From contig MQRK01241546.1 in assembly GCA_001938485.1 (NCBI GenBank), forward strand, positions 1 through 58,558: a DNA stretch of 58,558 nucleotides. Reading direction: 5' to 3'. Both the position numbers and the translations under genes were made by a program. Below, piece by piece: positions 1 through 11,625 of this stretch. The DNA comes from Girardia tigrina (lineage: Eukaryota). The first letter of the stretch is position 1. Every line of letters starts with the position of its first letter. The notes beneath the pieces were generated by a model that did no database searches, was not told the DNA's origin, and was given only the letters and a program-made list of their open reading frames with translations.

Positions 1-149
1 TTTTAATTTTTAAAAATATTTAACAAGCAAATTAATATAAAAATATTTTACCCTTTAAATTAAAAAATAATAAACTATTCAGGCGAGATAAAAAATTAAA
101 ATTAACCCCTCATAAGCAGCATGTACTTGATGAAATCAATTTGGAGAAA

Positions 150-880
150 ATTTGGGTGATTTGTATTCGAATCAGAATTTGGTAGGAGAAAAAAGATTTC
201 TGATGTAAGAACTCCAAGTATAGGAGTGCTTTATAAAAAATTGGAAAATGAAACTGATATTATTTTGTATATAAATGATATGTGGTTCTCATACTATCAA
301 AATTGGTTTGAAGGCGCAATACATAATACACCATATACTAACAATGCTTTTGAGTCGTTTAACTTAGAAATAAAGAAAGAGCGAATTCTAAGAGAGAGAT
401 TGTCACTAAGAAGATTTTTTCAAGTCTGTCCTGATTCTGCAAATAAATGATATCTCGAATATTTACATTGTGATAAATCTGTTGAGTTATCATATCCGAT
501 AATTTCACTTCATGATTGGACGTCTGCATTAGTGGATGAAGTTTAATAAAGAACTTGAGTCACGTACGTTCGTAAGTATCACGATTTATTACTTACCAAG
601 AGGTGAAACAGTCAAGGTCACACAAGAAGAGATAACGTTGATCGAAGAGCAGAAGTGGAACACATTTGCATAATACAAGAAAAGGCCTTTTGTAGTTGGA
701 AAGTTCACAGGAGTCACGACTCCAAATCATATCAAGATGGTGTATGCGAATGCTGCCCTATCTATTTAAAGCAATACAAGTCCAAGCATGTTATTGGATT
801 GACAGCGCGCTTAAATAATTGAAACCTCAAGCAAGTGCAAAGCAAATAGCAATTGGCGAGAAAAGAATAAGAGGTTGACC
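150..880 (+). mobile_element. Degenerate Mutator/MULE transposase 3' part with SWIM zinc finger
   Basis: ORF 226-450 has TNNAFESFN (MULE TNN..E motif). Downstream frameshifted CECCPIYLKQYKSKHVIGL resembles a SWIM CxC..CxH, followed by a KRIRG*P basic tail. Confidence 0.6.
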
Positions 881-1407
881 AATGAAACGATTCGATTATT
901 ATTAAAAATCTAAAACTTAATTTTTTTTATTTTTACTGAACATTTGTCATTTTAATACTGAGTGCTTTTTTTAATTATTACTAAAATAAACTTAAAATAC
1001 TGAGCAAAAACTATTTTTTACTGAGCAAGTACTATTTATTTTACTATACATTACTTAAAAAATACTGTGCAAATAATTTGTTGTCAATATGAATTCAGAT
1101 TCTGAAATGTCAAATAACGACAATAGCATAAATGAGAATAGCATCACTAAGAATAGGAAATCATTTTCACAAAAATTTATTCATAATCGTTTTCTAAAAT
1201 TATTTTTATCCATTTCTCCTAGTTAAGTTTATTATATTTGTTGTATTTGCGGTAAGTTCGTCACAAATAATTCTTTCCCTTTACTCAGTTTATCTTAAAA
1301 TAATCAATTAAAGTAAATTTGGAATTTCACTTTTTTATTAAAGAGATTTGAATTGAATAGATAAATAATATTTAACATTAAATTTGAATATGTAAAATTA
1401 TTTTTAG

Positions 1408-2021
1408 CAAATCCAGTTAGTTCAGTCATTCGTTTATCTCAAAAAGCTCGGTATATGGATATATTGAAAGCCTTGGTTACCAATATTCCTGGAGCAGATG
1501 TTAGCAAAATACAACTTTATAAACCTGTTTTGCCTTCCCATGGCTCTAAAAATGACCTAGTACCCGGTGACCCTATACGAACAACTTTTGAAGGAACTCT
1601 TGCGGATTTAATTAGTTCTCAAATTCAATCTCAGATCAATGCTACTTTGCCCCGAGGTAAACCAACTCAAAATGTTCCATTAATAAATTCGAATCATCAA
1701 CCATTGTCCAATCCAGCAAACAATTCTTTAGCACTTTCAACAAATTTAAAAAGGCTTTACTTCCAACTATTGAAAATTCCTATTCATGAAGTCGAAACGA
1801 TGCAACAATTTAGTTGCATTTTTGTTGATACAAGCGTTCAAGAACAGTTTGAAATACAAGTCACACTTTCTAAAACCAGTTGTGCCGCAGATATTATTAC
1901 TGAAGCTAAAAAACACTGTAAACTAAGCACAAATAACTCAACTGGATTTCGTCTTTTTGAAGTTTTTGATCACAGAATTATTAATCAAATTTCTCTAAAA
2001 ACAAAATTATCAGAAATACAA
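1408..2021 (+). CDS. USP7: Ubiquitin carboxyl-terminal hydrolase 7, penultimate coding exon (C-terminal UBL region)
   Basis: Acceptor tttttag|1408 and donor 2021|gtaaat. PGDPIRTTFEGTLADL..KRLYFQLLKIPI matches USP7 PGNPLRHNYEGTLRDL..KKLYYQQLKMKI. Splices in phase 0 to 5425. Confidence 0.85.
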
Positions 2022-2599
2022 GTAAATAATCTTTATTATTTTAAAATTATTAATATCTGGTTGTTATCTTGAAAATAAAAAATATATTTTAATCATTCTA
2101 CGGATAAAATCTTAATGTACCGGTCCTTATGATATTTCGTAATATTATTTTAATATTTTATTACAATAAATTGCACACGAATTAATGTATAATGAAATAT
2201 TAAATGTTTTGTCAGAGCTCTTTATAGATTTAATAGAAACCACAGATCAAAAATATGACATTTTTTAAAGGTATCTCCCAAAAATTATTAGTTCTTTCCG
2301 TATCATTTACTAAATATTGACAATTTTTATTTTTCATCTGTTTTTATATTATAAAATCTTATTTAAATAATAAAAAATTTGTGGTAAATTTATTTTATTT
2401 CTTTTAAATTAAAAGACGACATTTAAATAATAAAATAATTATTTTTATTGACTATTAATTTCTACTGTATAGTCGCCATCGCCAGGATCGATAAAGGTTT
2501 TTTAATTTGCAGTAATTACAGAATCAATTAATAAAATATGTCATCTAAAAATAATGATGATGCTATGTGCTGTGGGCCTCCCATCTTTTTGGAATGGTA

Positions 2600-3100
2600 T
2601 TGAGCCTCTAGGCTCTTTAGAGGGTCACCCAAACTAAAGATTCACTAGCAGACCCCCGATAGGCATCCTACGTGGTCAGATAGTTTCGGTCTTCGAGATA
2701 TTTTCGTCTTCTCTGTAAAAAACGACCACCCATTGGTTGTATATCAATGGTTCTGCATACTTTTAGTTGTATTCGTGGACTTCGTAATGCAGCGAAAGGG
2801 ACATTTAAACTCTCCACTTGTAGTTAGATCTGAAATTCTAAAAGTCAGATATGTTTCTTCAGTACCTATCACTTCCTCCATCGCCGTCGAGATAGTCGGG
2901 GGGTCCGTTATGGATTGAATCTGGTTACCTGGAATGTTGAGGTTTTCTACGACTCTTTCTTCTGTGTGATTTGTTGAACTGGTTTCCGTTGGTGTCATTG
3001 TCGGTTCTCCATTTTCTTCTGTCTCCTCCAATTTATAATCCCGGTAGAAAATCTTGGTCAGCTACCACTTCGTTTTGTATGGATTTTATTTAGGGTACAT
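2600..3100 (-). mobile_element. Possible 5' fragment of a non-LTR retrotransposon ORF with a C2H2-like finger
   Basis: ORF 2744-3031 is T/E-rich, then FKCPFRC..KSMQNH. The block is GC-richer than its surroundings and sits among Gypsy remnants. Confidence 0.3.
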
Positions 3101-3209
3101 GGGAATGGTAATTGTATAGTTTTTATATTATAAAATCGTATTTAAATAATGAAGCATTTGTGGTAAATTAGTAATTAATTAAAATTAATTAATTTAAACA
3201 CCATTAAGT

Positions 3210-3536
3210 TTACGTTATTGTTTTCTTGTTGATACAGGTTCCGTTGTGTCAGTTCTACCAAATCATCCAGATCACTACAACAAAGTTAAACTATACGCCG
3301 CCAACGGTTCAGAAATAACCACGTTTGGCTCTAAAATCTTGAATCTTACTTTTGCAAAGCAAACATATTCCTGGAATTTCATAATCGCTAACGTTCCAAG
3401 ATCAATTATAGGAGCAGACTTCTTATCGTATTTCAACCTACTCGTTGACTGCAAAAATCAAAAATTAATCAACCGCATTAACAACACACAAAATGATTAC
3501 ATTTATATAGCACACACAAACAAAATTACCAATTAA
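3210..3536 (+). mobile_element. Gypsy/Ty3 aspartic protease remnant in USP7 intron
   Basis: FLVDTGSVVSVLP active site, LYAANGSEITTFG and IIGADFLSYFNLLVD. Confidence 0.85.
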
Positions 3537-3912
3537 ATATTACATTCCAAGAACAAAAATAACAATTCACTGCAATTCAATACACAAATACACAACAAAA
3601 TCACAAAACACTTCCAAAACAAATTATCAAGATTATACTAATATTAAGACGATTAATAAAACAGAAAACATACACAATATAAATGAGGAACACAATACAC
3701 CTAACCACAAGACCACAACACATGAATAAAAAAACCCAAAAACAACGCATAACACCACCAAATCATCTGACACAAACATAAACATGATTCACAATATTAA
3801 AATAACACAACCACCATTAATGACTCCAGATAAAAAAGTTACAACAATTTCTGAAGAAAACAACAATATTCTAACAAAATGGTCAAAAGAAATCATAATA
3901 AACATCTCGGAA

Positions 3913-4571
3913 ATAAAAACAAGTTAATAAAAAGTCTAGTGACAATTTAAGCGCAATTGCCTTATGTTATTCGGTGCCCAAATATTAAAACGTTTATATC
4001 AGTATTTGACTATGATTAATTTTTTGTTACCGAACGAAAGGATATTTTTGAAAACTTTCTTCGGCAATATTGTTCTAAATTATTNNNNNNNNNNNNNNNT
4101 AAATGTTTCAAGTCGCTATATAAAATTAATTAAAATTAATTAATTAATCCATATGAAATTAATAGTTGTCTATTAATTATTAAAACGTTTATATCAGTAT
4201 TTGACTATGATTAATTATTTGTAACCGAACGAAAGGATATTTTTGAAAACTTTCTTCGGCAATATTGTTCTAAATTATTGCAGGAATCGACTGGTAAATG
4301 TTTCAAGTCGCTAAGTGGTCTGGTTGCCGAGATATAGGCCAAAAACTGCATTTTTTCGAGGTTTTTTGGCTTTTCCAGGAAATTAATAAAGGAATTCCGG
4401 GAATTTTTTTGGCCCACAATCATCCTCCGAACTTGCTTAACATATTTGCTTTTGGAACTAGCGCTCGATATTGCTTCGTTGAGGAGGAGATACGACTTAA
4501 AGCTGCGGACACACATCCACACAGAAATAACCAAATAATAATCGCAATTGTCAGTATGGAAATTGCGCTAA
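3913..4571. mobile_element. Non-autonomous Helentron/DINE-1-like (HINE) element, copy 1
   Basis: Near-identical to 33041-33701. Subterminal inverted repeat AGCGCAATT/AATTGCGCT, terminal CGCAATT..AATTGCG hairpin, CACA-type simple repeat, A-rich ends, no TSD seen. It interrupts a Gypsy pol. Confidence 0.6.
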
Positions 4572-4589
4572 AAAATATCATTACTCACC

Positions 4590-4950
4590 AAATAGTAACC
4601 AAGGGCCTACCAGCTCATACGAAAATCAGAATATCCTGCCAAATGAAAAACTTATGGAAGCTAAAAATACTTTCAATGATTTAATAGAAAATAATATAAT
4701 CAGACCATCCGATTCTAATTGGTCATCATCACTTCTTATGAAAAAAAGAAAGACAACACCTGAAGATGTTGGGGTGACTATCGAAGATTAAACGCAATCA
4801 CAATCAAAGACCATTTTTCAGTGCCATTAATCAACGATGTAACCACCAGATTAGCCGAAGCAAAGTACTTTACCAAGTTGGACCTGGAAAAGGCTTATCA
4901 TCAAACCTCTATGGCTGAAGATGATATTAAAAAATCCGCTATACTCACTT
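4590..4950 (+). mobile_element. Gypsy reverse transcriptase N-terminal remnant
   Basis: IIRPSDSNWSS, GDYRRLNAIT and YFTKLDLEKAYHQ..EDDIKKSA, with frameshifts. Confidence 0.85.
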
Positions 4951-5424
4951 ATATACTCACTTATACTTATTTATATATTGCCCTATTGCAAGGGTGGCAT
5001 GCAGCTGTTTCCAAAATATCATTTTCGACTACAAACCAAAAAATTGAATAGGTGTCACAAAAAATGAATCAACAATTTGTTTTTTAAAGGGGGGTGCACC
5101 AATTTTTTTAAAAAGGTGGCGCCGGTACAAAAAGGTTGGAAACCAATGCAGTAAGGTCTGTGAATGATGCGGTTAATGAAATCTCCATAGAGCGCATTAT
5201 CCCCATTAAAATCTATATTAATTTAATCAATCACACAAAAAAACTAAAAATCGCTATTAAATTTTTTACCTTAGGTCGTATAATATTATTTTATAATATA
5301 TACTTTTATTATGTCTGTTTTATAATAAATACTTAATTAAAATAAATATTCTGTTAATTGAAACAACCAAATATTATTCTATGCTGATTTCAGCCTATCC
5401 ATTTACTCATATTTATTGTTCCAG

Positions 5425-5922
5425 CCTAATCCTAATCGAATAATATACATAGAAAGCATTCCTCCAGACGAACAGAAAATAAATCGAAAAACTGAAGTTT
5501 TAGTTTCTGTTTCTCATTGTCAATTAGATTCAAAACTATTCTTCGGTACTCCTTTTACCATAAAAGTAATTGATAAAGAAACAATGAGTGACTTGAGAAA
5601 CCGAATCCGTCTTCGAACTGCTTGTTCGGAGAAAGATTTCGAAAAGTGGCAATTGGTATTGTGTACAAATAATTTGGAAAAGCCATCAATTCGCAATGCG
5701 TTCTCACCGAGATTTCTTACGGAAGAAAACAATTCCCAAATACGTATTCACATGTTCGAACCAATTTCGAGCCCTTTCAATGTAGCCACTGACAACTATG
5801 ATCAGAATTCTGAACTATTAATAACTATAGATCAGCCTTGGTTGTGTCTAGATCATAAAATGCCTGTTGTCAAACGAAACAGATGCAATATTTCCGAGAA
5901 ATCTATCATAATTCACAATTGA
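5425..5922 (+). CDS. USP7: Ubiquitin carboxyl-terminal hydrolase 7, last coding exon (UBL5 and C-terminal activation peptide)
   Basis: Acceptor ttccag|5425. IESIPPDE, FGTPF, EKDFEKW, PWLCLDH and terminal EKSIIIHN* match USP7 (FGIPF, EKEFEKF, PWLGLDH, EKAIKIHN). Confidence 0.92.
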   Translation, partial: PNPNRIIYIESIPPDEQKINRKTEVLVSVSHCQLDSKLFFGTPFTIKVIDKETMSDLRNRIRLRTACSEKDFEKWQLVLCTNNLEKPSIRNAFSPRFLTEENNSQIRIHMFEPISSPFNVATDNYDQNSELLITIDQPWLCLDHKMPVVKRNRCNISEKSIIIHN

Positions 5923-6201
5923 TTATACAAATAGTGATGAATGATGATGAGAATGATTTTTAGAGATTAAAACACTGAAAGAAAAATGTTATCGAATATG
6001 TTGACTGTCTTATTTCACTGTAGTGCTACTTTTGGAGCTCGTTGATATGACTTTATACATATATAAATATTAACAATAGATGATGAAAATGTAAAAGATT
6101 TTCCCAAACGACCGAACTTCTTCATCTACCGAAATTGTGATTAACAAGTTTTTTTCATGATTTTGTTGTTTGATAAATTTTGCTGCATAAATGATATATA
6201 T

Positions 6202-6208
<7 letters not shown>

Positions 6209-6246
<38 letters not shown>
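6209..6246. repeat. (TA)n microsatellite
   Basis: Seen directly. Other (TA)n tracts occur near 19368-19396, 20404-20428, 54720-54747 and 56429-56445. Confidence 0.95.
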
Positions 6247-6249
<3 letters not shown>

Positions 6250-6865
6250 TTTATTTTGATGATGTCAACGGGGGTGATGAAAGCTGTGTGTCTCTGTTTG
6301 AACTGAAATGCCTGTTGTAGACCGACGCGCTGGCGTCAGTCTCCTCGTACGGACGGACAGACAAACAGACCGATCATCCGGCCGGTGTGATGAGAGATTT
6401 GCGTTTATTTGTTTCTTTTTTTTCTTTGTTGAAAAAAAAATTTTAATGAAACGACAAAATCACAATTTTTTTTGTTTTTAAATTTCAATTGTTATTTCCG
6501 ATTTGGGAAGGAGAAAAGAAAACGATTTTTTTAAACAAAAAGCAACGTGTGCTTTCAGCGATCATAAGATAATCTATTTTACATAATGTATGGAATGAAC
6601 ATAATAAATTTTCTGATTGTTGTTTTTTTTTAATTCATGATAAAAGTAGTTTTTTTAGTTGCCAGTTTATTTTCGATACTGGAGTTCGCTCTTTTTTAAT
6701 TGACTGATATTGCCTTTCAAATATTTTTAACTGTCTCCACTTGCGTCAATTTTAAATTCACTTCATCTTAAGTCAGACTTTCTTAATAGAGCGTTGCAAG
6801 AGTTTCTAGGGACTTTTATTTAAGAAACAAATGGAACACCAGGTTAAAGTATATTTTGATGGTTA

Positions 6866-7546
6866 TGTTATACCGAATTTCGGTATTCGGCAACCATTTT
6901 GCCAAATTCGGGAATTAAGCAATTTTTGTCGAATTCACGAACTCGGCAATTTTTTTTAAAATTTTTTTAATTTCAATTATGAAATCGATATTAATATATT
7001 TAATATGAAAAAATATCGAATATGAAAAAGTATCGATTCAATAAGATAAAAATCAATTTAATATTAACAAATATCAATTTAATATGAAAAATATCATTTT
7101 ACTATAAAATGCTTTTAAAATACAAACGATTGCAATTCAGCTTGTCACCAAGGATGAAGTTTTATTAACTATGAATAAAAGTTTTACATTTGGAATGTAG
7201 TTTGCATAATAAATAAAGAATTTTTTCCTATTTAATTTATTTTTTCATATTAAATTGATAATTTTTAATGATAAATTGATATTTTTTCATATTAAATACA
7301 GAATTTTACGTTAATTTGATTGTTTTCATATTAAATTGATTTTTTTCGTAATAAATTGATATTTTTTCATATTAAATACGTAATCTTTTATTTTAAATTA
7401 AAATTTTTCATATAGTTAGTGAATTTGGCAATTTGAAAATTGACTAGTTCATAAATTCGGCAATTACACTTTTTTAGCAAACTGTTGCCGAATTCACGAA
7501 TGCGGCATTTTTTTGCCTAGTTCACTGTTGTGGTTAGCGTATAACA
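6866..7546. mobile_element. Non-autonomous foldback DNA transposon with TGT..ACA ends (Ginger-like)
   Basis: Termini TGTTATAC / GTATAACA with an exact 4-bp TSD GTTA (6862-6865 and 7547-7550). GAATTC-rich subterminal repeats and mutually inverted AT-rich tandem arrays. Confidence 0.75.
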
Positions 7547-7549
7547 GTT

Positions 7550-8510
7550 ATGCCATCACCTGAGATCACTGATTATTAGTTTTTTTAATTCTTAAATATG
7601 GGAAATAGATGTGTGATCGGTTACGTAAAATTAATCGAAACCTTTTAATAAATGGGTTAAGAGTAGTGAAAAATTGAAAATGGAATTTAGGATCACGTAA
7701 TATTATTAACGATATTCTCAATAATTTTCAAAAAGTTTGCACTGAATTTTGAAATTATTTTTAGTCAAGGTATATTTTTCATATTCACAGCAATATTACT
7801 CTTACTCCCTCTATAAATGTGGACTCGTTTGTAGAAATTACAGTTAGTCTCTCCAATGAATGTGACATTACACTCATTACATGTATATTGATAAACAAAG
7901 TCTGAACACAAGCTCAAACAGTAGGTGATTTATTAAAAAACATATTTTTAACTTTAAATGACTGAGATATAATTTTTTAATTAAAAATATTATAATGTTA
8001 CTTTTAGAATATAATTCTTTAGATATTTGTATACTTCAGTATAAGGTAAGCTCTATATATAACCCGGTATGAAAGAATTTTCAATCTTAAGACTCTTCCC
8101 GACTGTATCCTTCACTTTTTCATCTATAGCTATATTTATTGTCTCATTAGATAGAGCATTCTTAATTTGTGTTCTTTCAATTATTTGTCATTAGTCTGAC
8201 GATTGAGTTTTTCGATAAAAAGCTTAGAATATCAATTTGTTTATCAGCAATTTACTCAATTTTTTAATTCTTTTATTATTTGTCAAAAAAGTAGAAGAAA
8301 GGGACCAAGAACGATAAATAAAACAATTGGTCATATTCCTTTTAAATCTAAACTCACAAAAACTCTTTTGATGTGTACAAACCAGTATCAGTTTTCTTAC
8401 GATAAATTTCTGTCCTAAAATGATCGTATTATCTATCAATTAAGAAGTCTAGAAACGGTAATTTTCCATTTCTTTCTTCCTCCACGGTAAAATTGAAACA
8501 GTAATTAAAT
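7550..8510 (-). mobile_element. Penelope-like element 3' part (RT thumb plus GIY-YIG endonuclease), degenerate
   Basis: SFCEFRFKRNMTNCFIYRSWSLSSTF (~8280-8370) and FVYQYTCNECNVTFIGETN (~7845-7900). Similar to the copies at 34778 and 49019-49720. Confidence 0.75.
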
Positions 8511-9078
8511 TGTTAAATAATCCTGATTCTTATCTCTTTGCACAACTTCTGAAATAAGCTTGATTTTAAAGACGTTAACTTGATGGAGTTCACTATTGTC
8601 ACGGCAATCTTCAAAACATCAGATATATTTAAATATAAAGTTGTCTTATGAATGTTATAGTGATTCCATCAGGTTTTGTAATTAAGTTCATGTATTCTGG
8701 TTACCACACGGTATGTGCAACGTCCATACATATTCTTATACATTTATGCCAATCAAGACCTATTTTTCTGATGTAAGTATCAACAGTATTAAACATTTCA
8801 CAGCTGGTGCTTTACCTGATTGGTTCACACAACAACATATCTTCATGAGGTTCGGAGTTCCATACATAAAGTATAAAAACAAATAATTGACACACACCAT
8901 ATACGACAGTAGATTCATTTAGTTTTAAGAAAAAAATAACTTTCAAAATGTGTTCTATAACTTGACTTTCTAACAATTGAGACATTACATCGATCCTAAA
9001 ATTGATCGTATTATTAGATAAAGGAATTGATCCAATATCTTGTTTACTCTTATCACCAAAGAAAACATTAAGTGCACA

Positions 9079-11625
9079 TGTAATAATTTTGTTAAATATC
9101 CGAAAGTAAACTTGTTTAAATAAGTGATAAAAAACAGAAGTTGTAATTTTGTGTTGTACTTAAATAAACTTTGTTGTTCTATTTCTGGTGAAACAACAAG
9201 CTATCGCGTGATGAAGACTTTATTGAAGACGATTAAAATATTCAAAGGCGACGAAAATGTACATAGATGGTTCGAGAGAGCGAAGATCATTGCAGAGAAG
9301 ACTGGCGAAAATTTTGTCGATGCATTCCCACTTTTATTCGACGCGTTAGCATTTAGAGTGTGGCAAAATTTACCCAAAGAGAGTCAAAATAATATAGAAG
9401 CGGTTGAGGCAGCCGTAGTAACAGTTCTTGGGAAGGATGATATCGATTCCTTTTTAGAGTTGTGATTGAGAACGTTATGGAAGAATGAAACAGTGGAGGA
9501 TTTAGCCAAAGATATTAGGCGATTATGCAGATTATCACAGTTTCCGATTAATGATCAAATATTTAAATGTTTTTTCTGAAGCTGTTTACCCGATGATGTG
9601 CGAGTTAAATTAAAAACATTAATAGAATTAGACGAGATATCGGAAAGTAAGTTAGTGGAAAATGCCAGGATCATAATTAACGAAATGGGAGGCAAAGTTA
9701 CTGTATGTACGAGTTGTAGAGCTTTATCAGGGCGCGATGGAATTCACTCGTGGCGGGGGATTTTTATAAAATGTCGCAAAAGCCCAATAACGAACTCTAT
9801 CAGGCGGATGAGAGGCGCCAAAAAACTTCTATGCTGAAGTGCTTTTCGTGTGGGAAGCTTGGGCATATAGCCAAGGAGTGTATGTCAAGTAATACATGTA
9901 AATGTTTTAGCTGTGGATGAGGGAGTCATAAAGCGAACGAATGTAAAAAGAAGAAATATTTAAACTTAAACAAAGAATAGTTGGCACCGCCTATTCTTGT
10001 ACGCAGAGAAAGGTGCCTATGCGGATGATGGTGAAGTTGAACGGTAAGTGGGTTAATGCTCGTATTGATAGTGGGAGTGATGTGAGTATTGTAAGATATG
10101 AGTTGGGTAGAGAGAAGATGATTGAGTCTAATATGTGTGTTCAGGCAGTTGATGGAAATGAATTAGCTGTGCTTGGAGAGTGTGAGATAGAGATTGAGTC
10201 AGAGTCAATGTGATATTGAGATTAAATGTACTAAAATTTACGACATGGTGCGATGCAAGTTCTATTGCCATCGGATGTGTGTTGCAAATCAGAGACCATG
10301 TGATCGAAGATGGAACCTAGTTAAGACAAAAAAAATGGTTGTGCACATATAAGCATTGCTGAACTTTAAGCGATTATGAAAGGAATTAACGTGGCTTTGA
10401 AGTGGAATGTGAAAAAGTTATTAATAATTACAGATTCAGTTGTAGTACATGGTTGGCTCACATCGTTGAAGACAAGAAAAAGCCCGAATAAAATAACCGG
10501 AATGAGTGAGATATTGGTCAGGAGACGTTTGGTTATGATAGACAGTATTTTAAACGAGTCCGAAATAGATTGGGAGTGTGATTTGGTTCGCTTTGAACTA
10601 AACAAGGTAGATGTCTTAACTAGAGTACCAAGAAAATGGACAGAAAGGAAATGTTGTATTGTTCAACAAGAGAGAAAATCAAATGAGGCAAGAAACAGTC
10701 ATGAGCGACATCATTTTTGGATCGAGAAAAGCTGTCTGATAGAAGAAAAAGAAGGTATTGAAGTGTCGAAAAAGGATATGGAGAGTGTTGTTCGAAACTG
10801 TCAACTGTGTAGCAGTATTGATTCCGCCCCTATAAAAACACAAAAGGGATCATTATCGGTAGACAAATGTTGGGAAAGATTGGCTATAGATCATACTCAT
10901 TACAAGAATAGAGTGTATTTATCAGTAATTGATTGTGGACCCAGTCGATTTTCTATTTGGAGAGAAGTAAAACCTGAAGGAGCAAACGACGTAATAAAAA
11001 TTCTCGATGAATTATTTATGGAGCATGGAACACCCACAGAAATCCTTGTTGACAATGGAGGAGCTTTTACAGGTGACAAATTCAAACACTTGTGTATTAA
11101 ATGGAGTGTTAAGATAGACTATCGATGTGCACATAGACCAAGTATGAACGATATTGTGGAGCGCTGTCACCGTACGATAAAAATAATAGCGGAGAGATCG
11201 AATATTGCTATTGCTGAAACTGTGTATTGGTATAATATATGTCCCAAATCACCAAGTGATATTCACAACAAATACGAAGTAGACGGAGTTCCGAGACATT
11301 TTCAGGATACCAGAAAACGATCGGACAATCAGAATAATCCTGAAAACGAATTTATTGATGATTTAGAATGCAGTAAATGAGGAATCGAGTGTTGAAGAGA
11401 TCGTGGACCAAAAAAATCGTGACGAGCAACGCAGAAGCGAACGAGAGAGAAGAGAACCACCATGGCACAGAGATTACGAAATGGATACCTGATTTTTGGC
11501 GGGGATGTAATAATGTTGTTAAATATTCAAAAGTAAATTTGTTTAAATAAGTGATAAAAAACAGAAGTTGCAATTTTGTGTTGTACTTAAATAAACTTTG
11601 TTGTTCTATTTCTGGTGAAACTACA
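9079..11625 (+). mobile_element. Gypsy-type LTR retrotransposon, internally deleted (gag-protease-RNaseH-integrase, no RT)
   Basis: 120-bp TG..CA LTRs at 9079-9198 and 11506-11625 (6 mismatches by eye) and PPT GGCGGGGA. Gag CFSCGKLGHIAKEC knuckle plus a second, protease ARIDSGSDVS, RNase H WCDASS..AEL..ITDS, integrase LAIDHT..VDNGGAF..VERCHRTIK. Confidence 0.92.
10376..11380 (+). pseudogene. RNase H C-terminus plus DDE integrase ORF of the LTR element
   Basis: Zinc-binding region (HERHH..CQLC) and D-D-35-E-type core. Confidence 0.85.

Noticed and set aside
2470-2491. Possible tRNA primer-binding site TAGTCGCCATCGCCAGGATCGA before Gypsy remnants
   Set aside because: The spacing fits a tRNA 3' end, but it starts TAG rather than TGG, and I could not identify the tRNA or an LTR.
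4211-4684. Apparent duplicated protein (ORFs at 4298 and 33425)
   Set aside because: Both lie in copies of a non-coding repeat, and the frames diverge after an indel.
6274-6306. C/D snoRNA-like boxes (GTGATGA ... CTGA)
   Set aside because: The boxes are only ~25 nt apart with no terminal stem.
6960-7420. Regularly spaced short repeats superficially like a CRISPR array
   Set aside because: Degenerate AT-rich tandem units inside a TIR element, with no unique spacers, no cas genes and a eukaryotic context.
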